DNA from: Alphaproteobacteria bacterium
GTDB lineage: Bacteria; Pseudomonadota; Alphaproteobacteria; Methylaequorales; Methylaequoraceae
NCBI GenBank assembly: GCA_045563055.1
Contig: JBJKUR010000008.1
Coordinates: 131,786 to 195,785, forward strand
DNA length: 64,000 bases
Direction: 5' to 3'
Part shown: in pieces, positions 1 to 12,720 of the stretch
How the letters are laid out: the number at the start of each line of letters is the position of its first letter
Numbering within the stretch: the first letter of the stretch is position 1
Position numbers and translations under genes: made by a program
The notes under the pieces: generated by a model
The model's database searches: none
What the model was told of the DNA's origin: nothing
What the model saw: the letters and a program-made list of their open reading frames with translations, nothing else

Positions 1-1143
1 CCCACCACCAATACAAAGGGTCGCTATTCCTTTACTTTTATTTTGTCTTATGAGTTCGTAGATTAGTGTTACTAAAATTCTTGTTCCAGAGGCGCCAATC
101 GGGTGTCCAAGGGCAATGGCCCCCCCATTTACATTTACTTTTTTCATGTCCCAACCCAATTCTTTTGAAACTGCAAGTGATTGAGCTGCAAATGCTTCGT
201 TAGCTTCTATCAGATCAAGGTCACTCAAGCTCCAATTTGCTTTTTCAAGTGCCTTTTGAACTGCGGGAACTGGACCAATCCCCATAATGGAGGGATCTAC
301 ACCAACAGATACACATGAGACAATTCTAGCTAAAACTTTTTGTCCAAGATCCTTAGCAGTTTTTCTATCCATAAGCATCACGCCTGCCGCACCATCATTT
401 AGACCAGAGGCATTTCCAGCTGAGACAGAACCGTTTTTATCGAAAACTGGTCTAAGACTACTTATTTTTTCATAGGTGGATCCATGCCTTGGAAATTCGT
501 CAGTGTCAAAAGTAATTTCCTCTTTTTTATTTTTAATTATTACTGGACAGATTTCTTTTTTGAAGTGATCTTTTTTTTGAGCATTTTCTGCTTTATTTTG
601 TGATTGTGTTGAAAATTCGTCTTGTTCCTCTTTGGAGATATTAAATTTATTAGCAATATTTTCTGCGGTAGTTCCCATATGATAGTCGTTCATAGCACAC
701 CACAGTCCATCAACTATCATACTATCTTTTAATTTTCCATCACCCATCTTTAAACCATTTCTTACATTGATTGTATGATGAGCGTTTGTCATACTTTCTT
801 GTCCACCAGATATGATGATTTTGCTATGGCCACAAAGAATTGAGTTAGCTGCAAGTTCTACAGACCTTAGACCTGAACCACAAACTTGATTAATGGTAAC
901 AGCACTGGCGGTTTCAGGAATTTCTGAGAGCATGGCAGTTTGTCTTGCAGGGTTTTGTCCAGATCCGCCAGTTAATACTTGTCCCATAATTATTTCATCT
1001 ATATGGTCCTTGGATACACCGGAATCCTGAATAATTGATTTTATAACGAGACTTCCGAGCTCATGGGCAGAAAATTGTGAAAGACTTCCCAAAAACTTTC
1101 CGATTGGCAATCTTTTTGCTGATGTAATAACAATTTCAGTCAT
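1..1143 (-). CDS. phaA: Acetyl-CoA C-acetyltransferase (thiolase, PhaA/AtoB type), 3' end runs off the window
   Basis: Read manually on the minus strand (absent from the ORF track): MTEIVITSAKRLPIGKFLGSL..., NQVCGSG (catalytic Cys), NEAF, GHPIGASG, ending ATLCIGGG at the window edge. Confidence 0.9.
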   Translation of the reverse strand, partial: MTEIVITSAKRLPIGKFLGSLSQFSAHELGSLVIKSIIQDSGVSKDHIDEIIMGQVLTGGSGQNPARQTAMLSEIPETASAVTINQVCGSGLRSVELAANSILCGHSKIIISGGQESMTNAHHTINVRNGLKMGDGKLKDSMIVDGLWCAMNDYHMGTTAENIANKFNISKEEQDEFSTQSQNKAENAQKKDHFKKEICPVIIKNKKEEITFDTDEFPRHGSTYEKISSLRPVFDKNGSVSAGNASGLNDGAAGVMLMDRKTAKDLGQKVLARIVSCVSVGVDPSIMGIGPVPAVQKALEKANWSLSDLDLIEANEAFAAQSLAVSKELGWDMKKVNVNGGAIALGHPIGASGTRILVTLIYELIRQNKSKGIATLCIGGG

Positions 1144-1231
1144 TTTTAACTCAATTGACCAAAGTAAATACCACAAATATGTAAAATATAAAATAAAAAT
1201 TAATGAAAATTAATAAATTGATAAAAATTTC

Positions 1232-1260
1232 TTGAAAAATCATACTTTAGCTGTATAAAT
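1232..1260 (+). promoter_or_regulatory. Possible sigma70 promoter of rplU-rpmA-obgE
   Basis: TTGAAA at 1232-1237 and TATAAAT at 1254-1260 in the divergent phaA/rplU spacer. The AT-rich background makes this weak. Confidence 0.35.
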
Positions 1261-1282
1261 CACTATAAATTGAGCATGTAAA

Positions 1283-1681
1283 ATGATTATATTTGAAAAC
1301 AGAGGAAAACAATACAAGGCTAAGGCTGGTGATGTTTTGAAACTACCAAGGTTAAGCACTTTAAAAAAAGGAGACCATTTTAAGGTTGACAAAGTAATCT
1401 TTTATAAAAATGAAAAAGGGGAGTCTATAATAGGATCTCCAATTGTAAAGAATGTGACCGTAGAAGCCAAAGTACTAGAGCAGGTAAGAGATAAAAAAAT
1501 TGTTGTTTTTAAAAAAAATAGAAGAAAGAATTACAGAAGAAAAATCGGACACAGGCAAGATCTCACGTTAATAAAAATTGAAAAAATCAACGTTGGAAAA
1601 TCTAAATCTGAAGAGCAAACAAAAAATACTTCAATAAAAGAAAATAATGTTAAGTTAAAAGGAGAAAAAGATGGCTCATAA
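1283..1681 (+). CDS. rplU: 50S ribosomal protein L21 with a C-terminal extension
   Basis: [21 protein letters not shown] motifs; directly upstream of rpmA. Confidence 0.95.
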   Translation: MIIFENRGKQYKAKAGDVLKLPRLSTLKKGDHFKVDKVIFYKNEKGESIIGSPIVKNVTVEAKVLEQVRDKKIVVFKKNRRKNYRRKIGHRQDLTLIKIEKINVGKSKSEEQTKNTSIKENNVKLKGEKDGS

Positions 1682-1928
1682 AAAAGCCGGAGGTAGCACA
1701 AGGAATGGAAGAGATAGTGCAGGCAGGAGGCTTGGCATCAAAAAATTTGGTGGAGAAAAGGTTATTCCTGGAAACATTATTGTAAGACAGAGAGGCACAA
1801 AATTTCATCCAGGTGAAAATGTTTCAATAGGTAAAGATCACACAATATTTGCACTTAAAGAGGGGCAGGTTTTCTTTGAAAAAAAAACTGGCAACAAATC
1901 CTTCGTAAACGTAGAAATAAAAAAGTAA
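1671..1928 (+). CDS. rpmA: 50S ribosomal protein L27
   Basis: [29 protein letters not shown]. Confidence 0.98.
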   Translation: MAHKKAGGSTRNGRDSAGRRLGIKKFGGEKVIPGNIIVRQRGTKFHPGENVSIGKDHTIFALKEGQVFFEKKTGNKSFVNVEIKK

Positions 1929-1939
1929 AACAAATCTAA

Positions 1940-2928
<989 letters not shown>

Positions 2929-2929
<1 letters not shown>

Positions 2930-4044
2930 TGAAGGAAAATTTTTTAGAAAATACTAAAAGAATAGTAATAAAAATAGGGTCTTCTCTTTTAATAAAAAAA
3001 GACGAATTTAATAGTATATGGCTTCAAAATTTTATTGAGGACATAATTTTTTTAAAAAAAAATAAAACAGAGATTTTAATTGTCACGTCTGGTGCTGTGT
3101 CTCTTGGAAAGAAATATCTTAAACTTGATAAAAAAAAACTCAAAATCAATGAAAAGCAAGCTTGCGCAGCCTGTGGACAAGTAATTTTAATGAACAACTT
3201 CAAAAAATCTTTTGCAAAAAAAAAGATTAAGGTTGCTCAAATTCTTTTGACATATTCTGATACAGAGGACAGAAGAAAAAGCCTAAACTCCAGAGAGACT
3301 ATATTCGAGCTATTAAAATATGGCACTATTCCGATAATAAATGAGAACGATACCGTTGCCACTGACGAGTTGAAATTTGGGGATAATGACAGACTTGCAG
3401 CTCGAGTATCACAAATAATTTCTGCTGATAAATTATTTTTACTAAGTGATGTAAATGGACTTTACACAAAAAACCCTAAAATTAATAGAGACGCTAGATT
3501 AATAGAAAAGATAGATGAGATTGATGAAAGACATTTTAAAATGGCTGGAAGTTACACTAATGCTTATGGTACAGGTGGTATGCAGACGAAAATAGAGGCT
3601 GCGAAGATTGCTACAAGCGCAGGTTGTGCTACAGTAATTTGTAATGGAGGTAAAAAAAATCCCATCAAATCTTTCCTAAGCAAATATATTGGAACGCTAT
3701 TTCTATCAAAAGTGAGAAAGGAAAGTGGATTCAAAAAATGGCTTGCGGGGACGATTAAAGTTACAGGAAACCTGGTAATTGATGACGGAGCAAGAAAAGC
3801 AGTTATTAGAGGAGCCAGTATTTTACCAAGTGGAATAAAAAAAATTTCTGGAATTTTTTTTAAAGGTGATATAATTGAAGTTAAGGATATGAGTGGTAAT
3901 AAACTAGGAAAGGGCGTGACTTATTACGACTCTGAAGAGCTCAAAATAATAATGGGAAGAAAAACCGCGGAAATAAAAAAACTTCTTGGCTATGAAGGTA
4001 GAGAAGAAATTATACATAGAGATTATTTGACACTAAATGATTAA
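2929..4044 (+). CDS. proB: Glutamate 5-kinase
   Basis: KIGSS, SGAV, NENDTVA, FGDND, GTGGMQTK and a C-terminal PUA domain. Confidence 0.97.
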
Positions 4045-5305
4045 AAAATCTGAGATTGTAAATTTGGTTCAAGAAATAGGTGCAAAGGCGAAAGCCGCTT
4101 CATTTAAGATAGCATCCTTAACCTCTAAAATGAAGAATGAAATTATTAAAGATGCTGCACAGAATCTAAAAAAAAATAAAAATCTTATAATTGAGGAAAA
4201 TAAAAAAGACATAGAAGATCATAGAGATAGTTTAAGTTCAGCTCTTCTTGATAGGTTGATGCTTGATTCTAAAAGAATAGATAACATGTGTATTGGACTA
4301 AAAAATATTGCAAATTTGGAAGATCCAGTCGGGAAAAGTATAAGTTCGTGGGAAAGACCTAACGGGTTAAATATTGAAAAGGTCTCCATACCGTTAGGTG
4401 TGATAGGAGTTATATACGAATCAAGACCAAATGTCGCGGCAGATGCTGCGGCTCTATGCCTGAAGTCAGGTAATGCACTAATACTTAGAGGTGGAAGAGA
4501 AAGCTTTAATTCCTCATCAAAAATTATTGAAATTATAAAGAATTCTATAAAAAAATTTGGACTACCAGAGGGAACACTACAAAATATTCCAACTGTAGAT
4601 AGATCAGCAGTTGGAGAACTACTAAAGATGGATAAATTTGTTGATGTCATTATACCAAGAGGAGGAAAATCTTTAATTGAAAGGGTCAGTAAAGAGAGTA
4701 GAGTGCATGTTATAAAACATCTTGATGGCATATGTCATACTTATATTCATAAATCCTCAGATCCAGAAATATCTCAAAAGGTATCATTGAATGCTAAGAT
4801 GAGACGTCCTGGCATTTGTGGTGCGACAGAAACAATCTTATGTGACGCCGAAATTATTAAATCACATATACCAAAGTTGATAGAATTACTTAAAAAAAGT
4901 GGATGTGAAATCAGGGGAGATAAAGAAATTCGAAAGTTAGACTCTTCAGTAGTAAAAGTAGAAAAGATTGACTGGTCAACTGAATATTTAGATAAAATAG
5001 TTTCAATTAAAACAATTTTTAATGGCGTCGATGAGGCAGTAGAGCATATCAACTTTTATGGATCAGGCCATACGGATGCCATAATTTCTGAGGATAAAAA
5101 AGTGGCAGAGTATTTCTTAAATAACATTGATAGTGGAATTGTAATGCATAATACATCTACCCAATTTGCAGACGGAGGGGAGTTTGGGATGGGTGCTGAA
5201 ATAGGAATTTCGACCTCAAAGGTTCATGCTAGAGGGCCGGTAGGTGTTGCCCAACTTACTAGTTTTAAATATAAAGTAAGAGGTGCGGGCCAGACTAGGT
5301 CATAA
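4037..5305 (+). CDS. proA: Glutamate-5-semialdehyde dehydrogenase
   Basis: PLGVIGVIYESRPNV, CGATET, FADGGEFGMGAEIGIST, HARGP. Confidence 0.97.
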   Translation: MIKKSEIVNLVQEIGAKAKAASFKIASLTSKMKNEIIKDAAQNLKKNKNLIIEENKKDIEDHRDSLSSALLDRLMLDSKRIDNMCIGLKNIANLEDPVGKSISSWERPNGLNIEKVSIPLGVIGVIYESRPNVAADAAALCLKSGNALILRGGRESFNSSSKIIEIIKNSIKKFGLPEGTLQNIPTVDRSAVGELLKMDKFVDVIIPRGGKSLIERVSKESRVHVIKHLDGICHTYIHKSSDPEISQKVSLNAKMRRPGICGATETILCDAEIIKSHIPKLIELLKKSGCEIRGDKEIRKLDSSVVKVEKIDWSTEYLDKIVSIKTIFNGVDEAVEHINFYGSGHTDAIISEDKKVAEYFLNNIDSGIVMHNTSTQFADGGEFGMGAEIGISTSKVHARGPVGVAQLTSFKYKVRGAGQTRS

Positions 5306-5873
5306 TTTGAATAAAAAAAATAAAAGAATTGTTGGAATACTAGGAGGTACTTTTGACCCTCCACATGATGGTCATAAATTCATCAGTAATTATGCTATTC
5401 TTAAATTAAATTTAAATGAAGTATGGTGGGTTGTTTCAAAGAATCCATTTAAAGCTAAAAGCAAATCATTGCAAATCAGAAGAAAACTAGTGAAAAAATT
5501 TTTAAAATCAAGAAAAATTAAATATATTGAAATCGAACCAATTCATAGCAATTATGCAATTGACTCGATCAAATATCTAAAAAGTAAATTCAAGAGTTGT
5601 AAATTTATTTGGCTTATGGGTACTGATAACTTGTATGATTTTCATTTATGGAAGAATTGGAGAGATATTTTTTATAATATTCCAATTGCAATTTTTGATA
5701 GACCATCTTACTCTTTCATAATAACAAAGAGTAAAGCACTTCTTTTTTTTAGGAAATTTAGAATTAAAAAAAACTTTTCAAAATCACTTAACCCCTCAAA
5801 ACTTCCTTCATGGGCCTTCATAAGTGGTTTAAAAAACAACCAGTCATCATCATATCTTAGAAAGAATAGATGA
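5283..5873 (+). CDS. nadD: Nicotinate-nucleotide adenylyltransferase (probable start TTG at 5307)
   Basis: GGTFDPPHDGH (HxGH), WLMGTDN, W..W, SSS..R; proA-nadD-rsfS synteny. Confidence 0.92.
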   Translation: MRARLGHNLNKKNKRIVGILGGTFDPPHDGHKFISNYAILKLNLNEVWWVVSKNPFKAKSKSLQIRRKLVKKFLKSRKIKYIEIEPIHSNYAIDSIKYLKSKFKSCKFIWLMGTDNLYDFHLWKNWRDIFYNIPIAIFDRPSYSFIITKSKALLFFRKFRIKKNFSKSLNPSKLPSWAFISGLKNNQSSSYLRKNR

Positions 5874-6226
5874 AAAAAACAAATGAAGTAAAAAAACTAC
5901 TACAAAAGGTTCAAAAAGATTTAATACTTGCAAAAGCTAAAGATATCGAGATTATTGATATAAAAAATCGAAGTGCTCTTGGAGACTATATGATAATTGT
6001 AAGCGGAACCTCATCAAGACACCTTAAATCAATAGTAAATAATATAGTAAAATCAAATAAAAAATTTGTAAATTCGACGGAAGGACTCAATTCTACGGAT
6101 TGGCTAATTGTAGATTTTGGTGATATTATTTTAAATGTTTTCAAACCCGACACTAGAAAACATTATTCACTAGAAAAAATTTGGAAAAATAATGATTTGA
6201 AAGAAGAAAAGATTGGTTTTGGTTAA
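5870..6226 (+). CDS. rsfS: Ribosome silencing factor RsfS
   Basis: DYMIIVSGTSSRH, WLIVDFGDIILNVF, YSLEKIW. Confidence 0.93.
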   Translation: MKKTNEVKKLLQKVQKDLILAKAKDIEIIDIKNRSALGDYMIIVSGTSSRHLKSIVNNIVKSNKKFVNSTEGLNSTDWLIVDFGDIILNVFKPDTRKHYSLEKIWKNNDLKEEKIGFG

Positions 6227-6228
6227 TC

Positions 6229-6675
6229 ATGCAAATAAATATTCTATCTCCGGGAAAGTTCAAAACACATCAAGAGCATAAAAAGATTTTCGAATACTAT
6301 AAAAAAAGAATTAAAATAAAAGTCAATTTACTAGAGTTGAAGTTACATCAAACAGATAAAAAATTAGACTTAGAGAAAAAAGAAATTCTAAAATATTTAA
6401 AAAAAGATGACTATGTTTTTATTTTAGACAAAAATGGCGATAATTTATCTAGTATAAATTTTTCAAAAATTTTACGGGAAAAAGTTGAAAACAATCGTAA
6501 AAATATTGATTTTATAATTGGCAGTGATGCTGGCTTGGATAATTACTTTAATAATTCATTTAGAAATATAGGATTTGGCAAACAAACATGGCCCCATCTC
6601 TTAGTTAGAGTAATGCTTATAGAACAAATTTATAGGGCCTTTGAAATTATGAAGAGGTCTGGTTATCATAAGTAA
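6229..6675 (+). CDS. rlmH: 23S rRNA pseudouridine1915 N3-methyltransferase
   Basis: FIIGSDAG, TWPHLLVRVMLIEQIYRA, YHK. Confidence 0.95.
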   Translation: MQINILSPGKFKTHQEHKKIFEYYKKRIKIKVNLLELKLHQTDKKLDLEKKEILKYLKKDDYVFILDKNGDNLSSINFSKILREKVENNRKNIDFIIGSDAGLDNYFNNSFRNIGFGKQTWPHLLVRVMLIEQIYRAFEIMKRSGYHK

Positions 6676-6682
6676 AATCAAA

Positions 6683-8185
6683 ATGTCTAACAAAATTTTA
6701 TTATGTATTCTTGATGGTTGGGGTTTGGGTGAAAATAATCCCAAAAATGCTATTTCGATGGCTAAGAAAAAAAATTATGATTTTTTGGCCTCTAAATATG
6801 GCTACACACACTTAAAAGCATCTGGAAATGATGTTGGGCTTCCCAAAGGACAGTTTGGAAATTCTGAAGTAGGTCACACAAATATAGGTGCAGGAAGAAT
6901 AATACTTCAAGATATAATGAGGATATCAGAGTCATTTAGAAGTGATGAGATAAAAGAAAAATCTATAATAAAAAAAATTATCACGGAGTGTAACAGAATA
7001 CACATCATTGGATTGTTATCTGATGGGGGTGTGCACGGTCATCAAAATCATTTTTTTGAGTTAATTGAGATTTTTAATAAAAATAAACCAGAAATTTTTC
7101 TTCATTGTATTTTAGATGGAAGAGATAGTTCTCCGATAAGCGGAATAGAAAATATGAAATTATTAAAAAAAAAAATTGAGAAAAGAAAAAATATTAAAGT
7201 TGCTACTGTATCAGGACGATTTTTTGCAATGGATAGAGATAACAGATGGCAAAGAGTTGAAAAAGCTTACAAGGCAATTATCGAAGGTGATGCTCCAAAA
7301 ATGAAAGATTGCATTTCTTCAATTAGGAAAAGTTATGAAAATCATGTTACAGATGAGTTCTTTGAGCCAGTTGTATTTAATAAATATTCTGGCGTAAAAG
7401 ATGGAGATGGATTTTTTATTACAAACTATAGGGCAGATAGAGTTAGAGAGTTGCTGAGTTCAATTTTTGATGAAAATTTTGATAATTTTTCAAGGAAGAT
7501 AATACCAAAATTCTTTGAACCATTAAGTATGGTAGAATACTCAAAAAGACTAAAGAAAAAAATTAGACCAATTTTTGAAAATGTTGAAATTAAGAATACT
7601 CTTGGTAGCGCTATATCAAAAAATAATTCAAAACAATTAAGGATTGCTGAAACTGAAAAGTACGCTCATGTAACCTATTTCTTTAACGGTGGAGTCGAAG
7701 AGAAACTTCCTGGTGAAGACAGAATTCTTATACCTTCTCCAAGAGTTGAAACTTATGACTTAAAACCAGAGATGTCAGCTTATGAAGTAAAAAATGAAGT
7801 TTTAAAAAATTTAAAAAAAAAATATGATTTCATTGTCTGTAATTTTGCAAATCCTGATATGGTTGGGCATACTGGAAACTTTGAAGCCACAGTAAAGGCT
7901 GTTGAGGTTGTTGACGAATGCATAGGAGAAATTTATGATCAATGTATAAAAAATGGTTATGTATTAATTTTAACCTCTGATCATGGGAATGCTGATAACA
8001 TGTATGACAAAACAAAGAAACTAGAATGTACAACTCATTCTTTGAATCCAGTCCCATTTATTGTGTGTAAAAACGTAGAATACAAAAATAAGATTGGAAG
8101 ACTTTCCGATATTGCGCCGACTATTCTTAAACTACTCAAAATTAAAATTCCAGAAGAGATGAATGGCACTCCTATTATAAAATGA
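6683..8185 (+). CDS. gpmI: 2,3-bisphosphoglycerate-independent phosphoglycerate mutase
   Basis: ILDGWG, GNSEVGH, DGRD, AETEKYAHVTYFFNGG, NPDMVGHTG, DHGN. Confidence 0.97.
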   Translation: MSNKILLCILDGWGLGENNPKNAISMAKKKNYDFLASKYGYTHLKASGNDVGLPKGQFGNSEVGHTNIGAGRIILQDIMRISESFRSDEIKEKSIIKKIITECNRIHIIGLLSDGGVHGHQNHFFELIEIFNKNKPEIFLHCILDGRDSSPISGIENMKLLKKKIEKRKNIKVATVSGRFFAMDRDNRWQRVEKAYKAIIEGDAPKMKDCISSIRKSYENHVTDEFFEPVVFNKYSGVKDGDGFFITNYRADRVRELLSSIFDENFDNFSRKIIPKFFEPLSMVEYSKRLKKKIRPIFENVEIKNTLGSAISKNNSKQLRIAETEKYAHVTYFFNGGVEEKLPGEDRILIPSPRVETYDLKPEMSAYEVKNEVLKNLKKKYDFIVCNFANPDMVGHTGNFEATVKAVEVVDECIGEIYDQCIKNGYVLILTSDHGNADNMYDKTKKLECTTHSLNPVPFIVCKNVEYKNKIGRLSDIAPTILKLLKIKIPEEMNGTPIIK

Positions 8186-9195
8186 GAAAACTCTTAATTT
8201 TTTTTTTAATTTTATTTTGTTTTGATGAGGTTTTTCCAAATGATTTGCGATTTAAAAAGAGACTTAATCTTTTAAAAACACAAACAGTCCAGATTCACGA
8301 TGAAATTCTTCATAATAATGAGGAGCTTAAAAAAATAAAAGTTGATATTGATAAAAATACACAACAAAAGGTAATTTTTAATAAATACATTAAAGATAAA
8401 GAGTTTCTAGGACGAAGAATAGTCTTTTTACTACAGGATAAATTTTATACAAACCAAATTACAAGGGTTTTAAGAAACCTCAATAATTCTTCAGAAAATG
8501 TAATAACCAAGCAAATAATCAGAGAGTTTTTTTTGAAAGAAGTTAAATTTGGAATAGGTGAGTATTTCAATAATCTAGAAAACCTTAAGGATCTAGATAA
8601 GAAACTTTCTTTAGAATTAGAAAATTATAAAAAGAAGAAAAAAAACCTAAAAAAAAAACTAGTTAAACTTGAAAAAAAAATAAAAGAAGTTGCTTCTTTA
8701 CAAAAAAAGGTAAAACCTAACAAAAAATTAAAAGCTAAAGAGAGTAATTTAAGAAGAAAAGCAAAAAACCTTAACGAGCTTTTGAAGTCCACTGAGTCAA
8801 AAACTAAAATTATTTCTCGTATAAGATCTAAAATAAAAATGCCTGTTGTTGGTAATATAGTCTCAGACTTTGGAGAGGGAAAAGATTTACATAAACTTAA
8901 AAATGGATTGGTTTTCAGGGTAAAAGAAGATTCATTCGTAACTTCACCAATGAATGGAACTGTTGTCTATGCAAACAAATTCAGAAGCTTTGGAAATTTA
9001 GTGATGATTAAAGATGATAGAGGTTTTACATCAGTTTTAATAGGCATGAAAAATCTTCTAATTTCTACCGGCAACGAAGTTCTTGCGGGAGAACCAATTG
9101 CTAAGATTTCTTCAAACGTAAAGAGTCAATTATATTTTGAGTTAAGAGAAAACGGCAAAATTGTAGATCCAAAATCAAAAGTTGAGATTTTATAA
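8182..9195 (+). CDS. envC: Murein hydrolase activator EnvC-like protein (coiled coil plus degenerate M23 domain)
   Basis: Signal peptide, long coiled coil, C-terminal LYFELR..G..VDP with no Zn-ligand His residues; gpmI-envC-ctpA synteny. Confidence 0.8.
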   Translation: MRKLLIFFLILFCFDEVFPNDLRFKKRLNLLKTQTVQIHDEILHNNEELKKIKVDIDKNTQQKVIFNKYIKDKEFLGRRIVFLLQDKFYTNQITRVLRNLNNSSENVITKQIIREFFLKEVKFGIGEYFNNLENLKDLDKKLSLELENYKKKKKNLKKKLVKLEKKIKEVASLQKKVKPNKKLKAKESNLRRKAKNLNELLKSTESKTKIISRIRSKIKMPVVGNIVSDFGEGKDLHKLKNGLVFRVKEDSFVTSPMNGTVVYANKFRSFGNLVMIKDDRGFTSVLIGMKNLLISTGNEVLAGEPIAKISSNVKSQLYFELRENGKIVDPKSKVEIL

Positions 9196-9216
9196 AAAAA
9201 CTGCATAATCAATCCT

Positions 9217-9230
9217 TATATATATATATA
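9217..9230. repeat. (TA)7 dinucleotide tract just upstream of the ctpA start
   Basis: Sequence cct-TATATATATATATA-tt-ATG seen directly. Confidence 0.85.
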
Positions 9231-9232
9231 TT

Positions 9233-10471
9233 ATGAAAAAACTTTTACTTATATTAATACTAATAATCTCCCCGTACCAATCTGTTTCTGAAGAAGAGAA
9301 AGATGTTTATAAATATCTAAATCTTTTTGGAGAAGCATTTGAAAAAATAAAAAATAATTATGTAGAGGATGTAACGTCTAAAGATTTAATCGAATCTGCA
9401 ATTGAGGGAATGCTTAGCTCTCTGGATCCACATTCTACTTACCTTAATTATGATGAACTTAACGAGCTAAAAGTCCAGACCAAAGGAGAATTTGGTGGTT
9501 TAGGTATCGAGGTAACTTTAGAGAACGGGTTTGTCAAAGTGATTGCTCCAATAGATGACACACCTGCAGCAAAAGCTGGAATTAAGGCCGGTGATCTTAT
9601 AACACACCTTGATGAGGAGCCCGTGCTTGGGATGACTTTATCAGAAGCTGTTACAATCATGCGAGGTAAAGTGGGGTCAAAAATAAAACTAACAGTTAAT
9701 AGAAACGAAAGTGAGAACCTTCAAATATCTATTACAAGAGCAATTATTCAGTTGAAAGCAGTCAAAGCTAGAGTCGAAAATAACATTGGGTATATTAGAG
9801 TTTCTTCGTTTAATCAGAAGGTTGACCAAGAGATAGTCGATTCCATTAAAAATTTTAAAAAAGAAAAACTCATTGGATACGTACTAGATCTTAGAAATAA
9901 TCCTGGTGGTTTATTAGATCAAGCTGTAAATGTGACAGATATTTTTCTAGAAAGAGGTGAAATTGTCTCCACAAGGGGTAGAAATGGTAAGCAAGGCAGT
10001 AGATATAATGCAGTAAAAAAAGATCTCACTAACGGATTGCCTTTAGTTGTTTTAATTAATCAAGGTAGTGCTTCAGCTTCGGAAATCGTTGCAGGGGCTC
10101 TTCAGGATCATAAAAGAGCAATTATAATGGGAACAAAATCTTTTGGCAAAGGATCAGTTCAAACGATTATTCCTTCCGGTAATGATGTTGCAATAAAACT
10201 TACCACTGCAAAGTATTATACACCATCTGGAAAATCAATTCAAAAGACAGGAATTGATCCTGATATACTTGTTGAGCAAGCGGAATTAAAAAAGCTTGAC
10301 TCTTTAAATAACAGAAAAGAATCTGATCTCAGGGGTGCTATTGATAATGAACAAAAAGTAGAAGAGAAAACTACGAACAATAAAAAAAATAGTGATGAAG
10401 AAACTGATGATTACCAGCTAACCAGGGCTTTTGATCTTATTCTAGCTTTAAATCTAGTTAATAAGCCCTAA
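9233..10471 (+). CDS. ctpA: S41 carboxyl-terminal processing protease
   Basis: LDPHS, GGLG PDZ domain, DLRNNPGGLL, SASASEIV, SFGKGSVQ. Confidence 0.95.
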   Translation: MKKLLLILILIISPYQSVSEEEKDVYKYLNLFGEAFEKIKNNYVEDVTSKDLIESAIEGMLSSLDPHSTYLNYDELNELKVQTKGEFGGLGIEVTLENGFVKVIAPIDDTPAAKAGIKAGDLITHLDEEPVLGMTLSEAVTIMRGKVGSKIKLTVNRNESENLQISITRAIIQLKAVKARVENNIGYIRVSSFNQKVDQEIVDSIKNFKKEKLIGYVLDLRNNPGGLLDQAVNVTDIFLERGEIVSTRGRNGKQGSRYNAVKKDLTNGLPLVVLINQGSASASEIVAGALQDHKRAIIMGTKSFGKGSVQTIIPSGNDVAIKLTTAKYYTPSGKSIQKTGIDPDILVEQAELKKLDSLNNRKESDLRGAIDNEQKVEEKTTNNKKNSDEETDDYQLTRAFDLILALNLVNKP

Positions 10472-10488
10472 TTCATAAACTGATTACT

Positions 10489-10956
10489 ATGAATAAGAAC
10501 TATCGCAAAGGGGTTGGAGTTTTTCTAATAAATGAAAATAAAAAATTGTGGGTAGGAAAAAGATTAGACCATAAAAATCAATATTGGCAGATGCCCCAAG
10601 GTGGAATTGATAAAGGAGAGTCGCCAGAAAACGCGATGAAAAGAGAGTTGCTTGAGGAAACTGGGTTGAGTGCAGACTATAAGATTATTAGGAAAGCAAA
10701 TGGTTGGCTAAAATATGACCTTCCAAAAAAAATGATTGAACAAGTTTGGCAAGGAAAGTTCCTTGGTCAAATACAAATGTGGTATGCATGTCTATTTTTT
10801 GGTGAAGATAAGCAAGTTAATCTGAACTTCACTGATAAACCTGAATTTTGCAATTGGAAATGGATCGACCCATCCGAATCAATTAATCTAGCAGTACCTT
10901 TTAAAAAGAACTTATATAAAAGTATCTTAGAAGAGTTTGAAGACATACTATCTTAA
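10489..10956 (+). CDS. rppH: RNA pyrophosphohydrolase (Nudix)
   Basis: YRKGVG, WQMPQGGID, RELLEETG Nudix box, PEF..WKW, VPFK. Confidence 0.93.
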   Translation: MNKNYRKGVGVFLINENKKLWVGKRLDHKNQYWQMPQGGIDKGESPENAMKRELLEETGLSADYKIIRKANGWLKYDLPKKMIEQVWQGKFLGQIQMWYACLFFGEDKQVNLNFTDKPEFCNWKWIDPSESINLAVPFKKNLYKSILEEFEDILS

Positions 10957-11288
10957 CTGTAAAAAGGTTTATTTACGATTTTGAATTTTAATTGGTCAAG
11001 TTTATCAGGTGTGTCTTGTTTTTTAAAATTCTTAGAATCAACTATATCCTCTGTCAAAAGTGTGCATTTTTCTTTTAAAACTTCAACAATCCCTCCGTTT
11101 ACTAAAAAAGATTTATCTAAATTATTTTTATGATAAATATAAACAAGTCCAACTCTTAGATAAGTTAAAAATGGCATATGATTTTTTAAAATACCAAAAT
11201 CTCCTTCTATACCAGGAAAAATAACCAACTCTACGTCTTCATTCAAAATTATTTCTTGGGGTGATATTATTTGAAAGTTGAAAGACAT
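10953..11288 (-). CDS. atpC: ATP synthase F1 epsilon subunit (short C-terminus)
   Basis: ISP, PG.EGDFGILKNH.P, GGIVEV; follows atpD. Confidence 0.93.
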   Translation of the reverse strand: MSFNFQIISPQEIILNEDVELVIFPGIEGDFGILKNHMPFLTYLRVGLVYIYHKNNLDKSFLVNGGIVEVLKEKCTLLTEDIVDSKNFKKQDTPDKLDQLKFKIVNKPFYS

Positions 11289-12704
<1,416 letters not shown>

Positions 12705-12720
12705 TTATTCTCCTTAAATG

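Noticed and set aside
8182-9195. M23 domain lacking zinc ligands as a novel dead enzyme
   Set aside because: This is expected for EnvC-type amidase activators in the gpmI-envC-ctpA context.
9198-9222. dif-like sequence (CATAA-TCAATCC-TTATA)
   Set aside because: The spacer is 7 bp rather than 6, the arms match poorly, and such matches are expected in AT-rich DNA.
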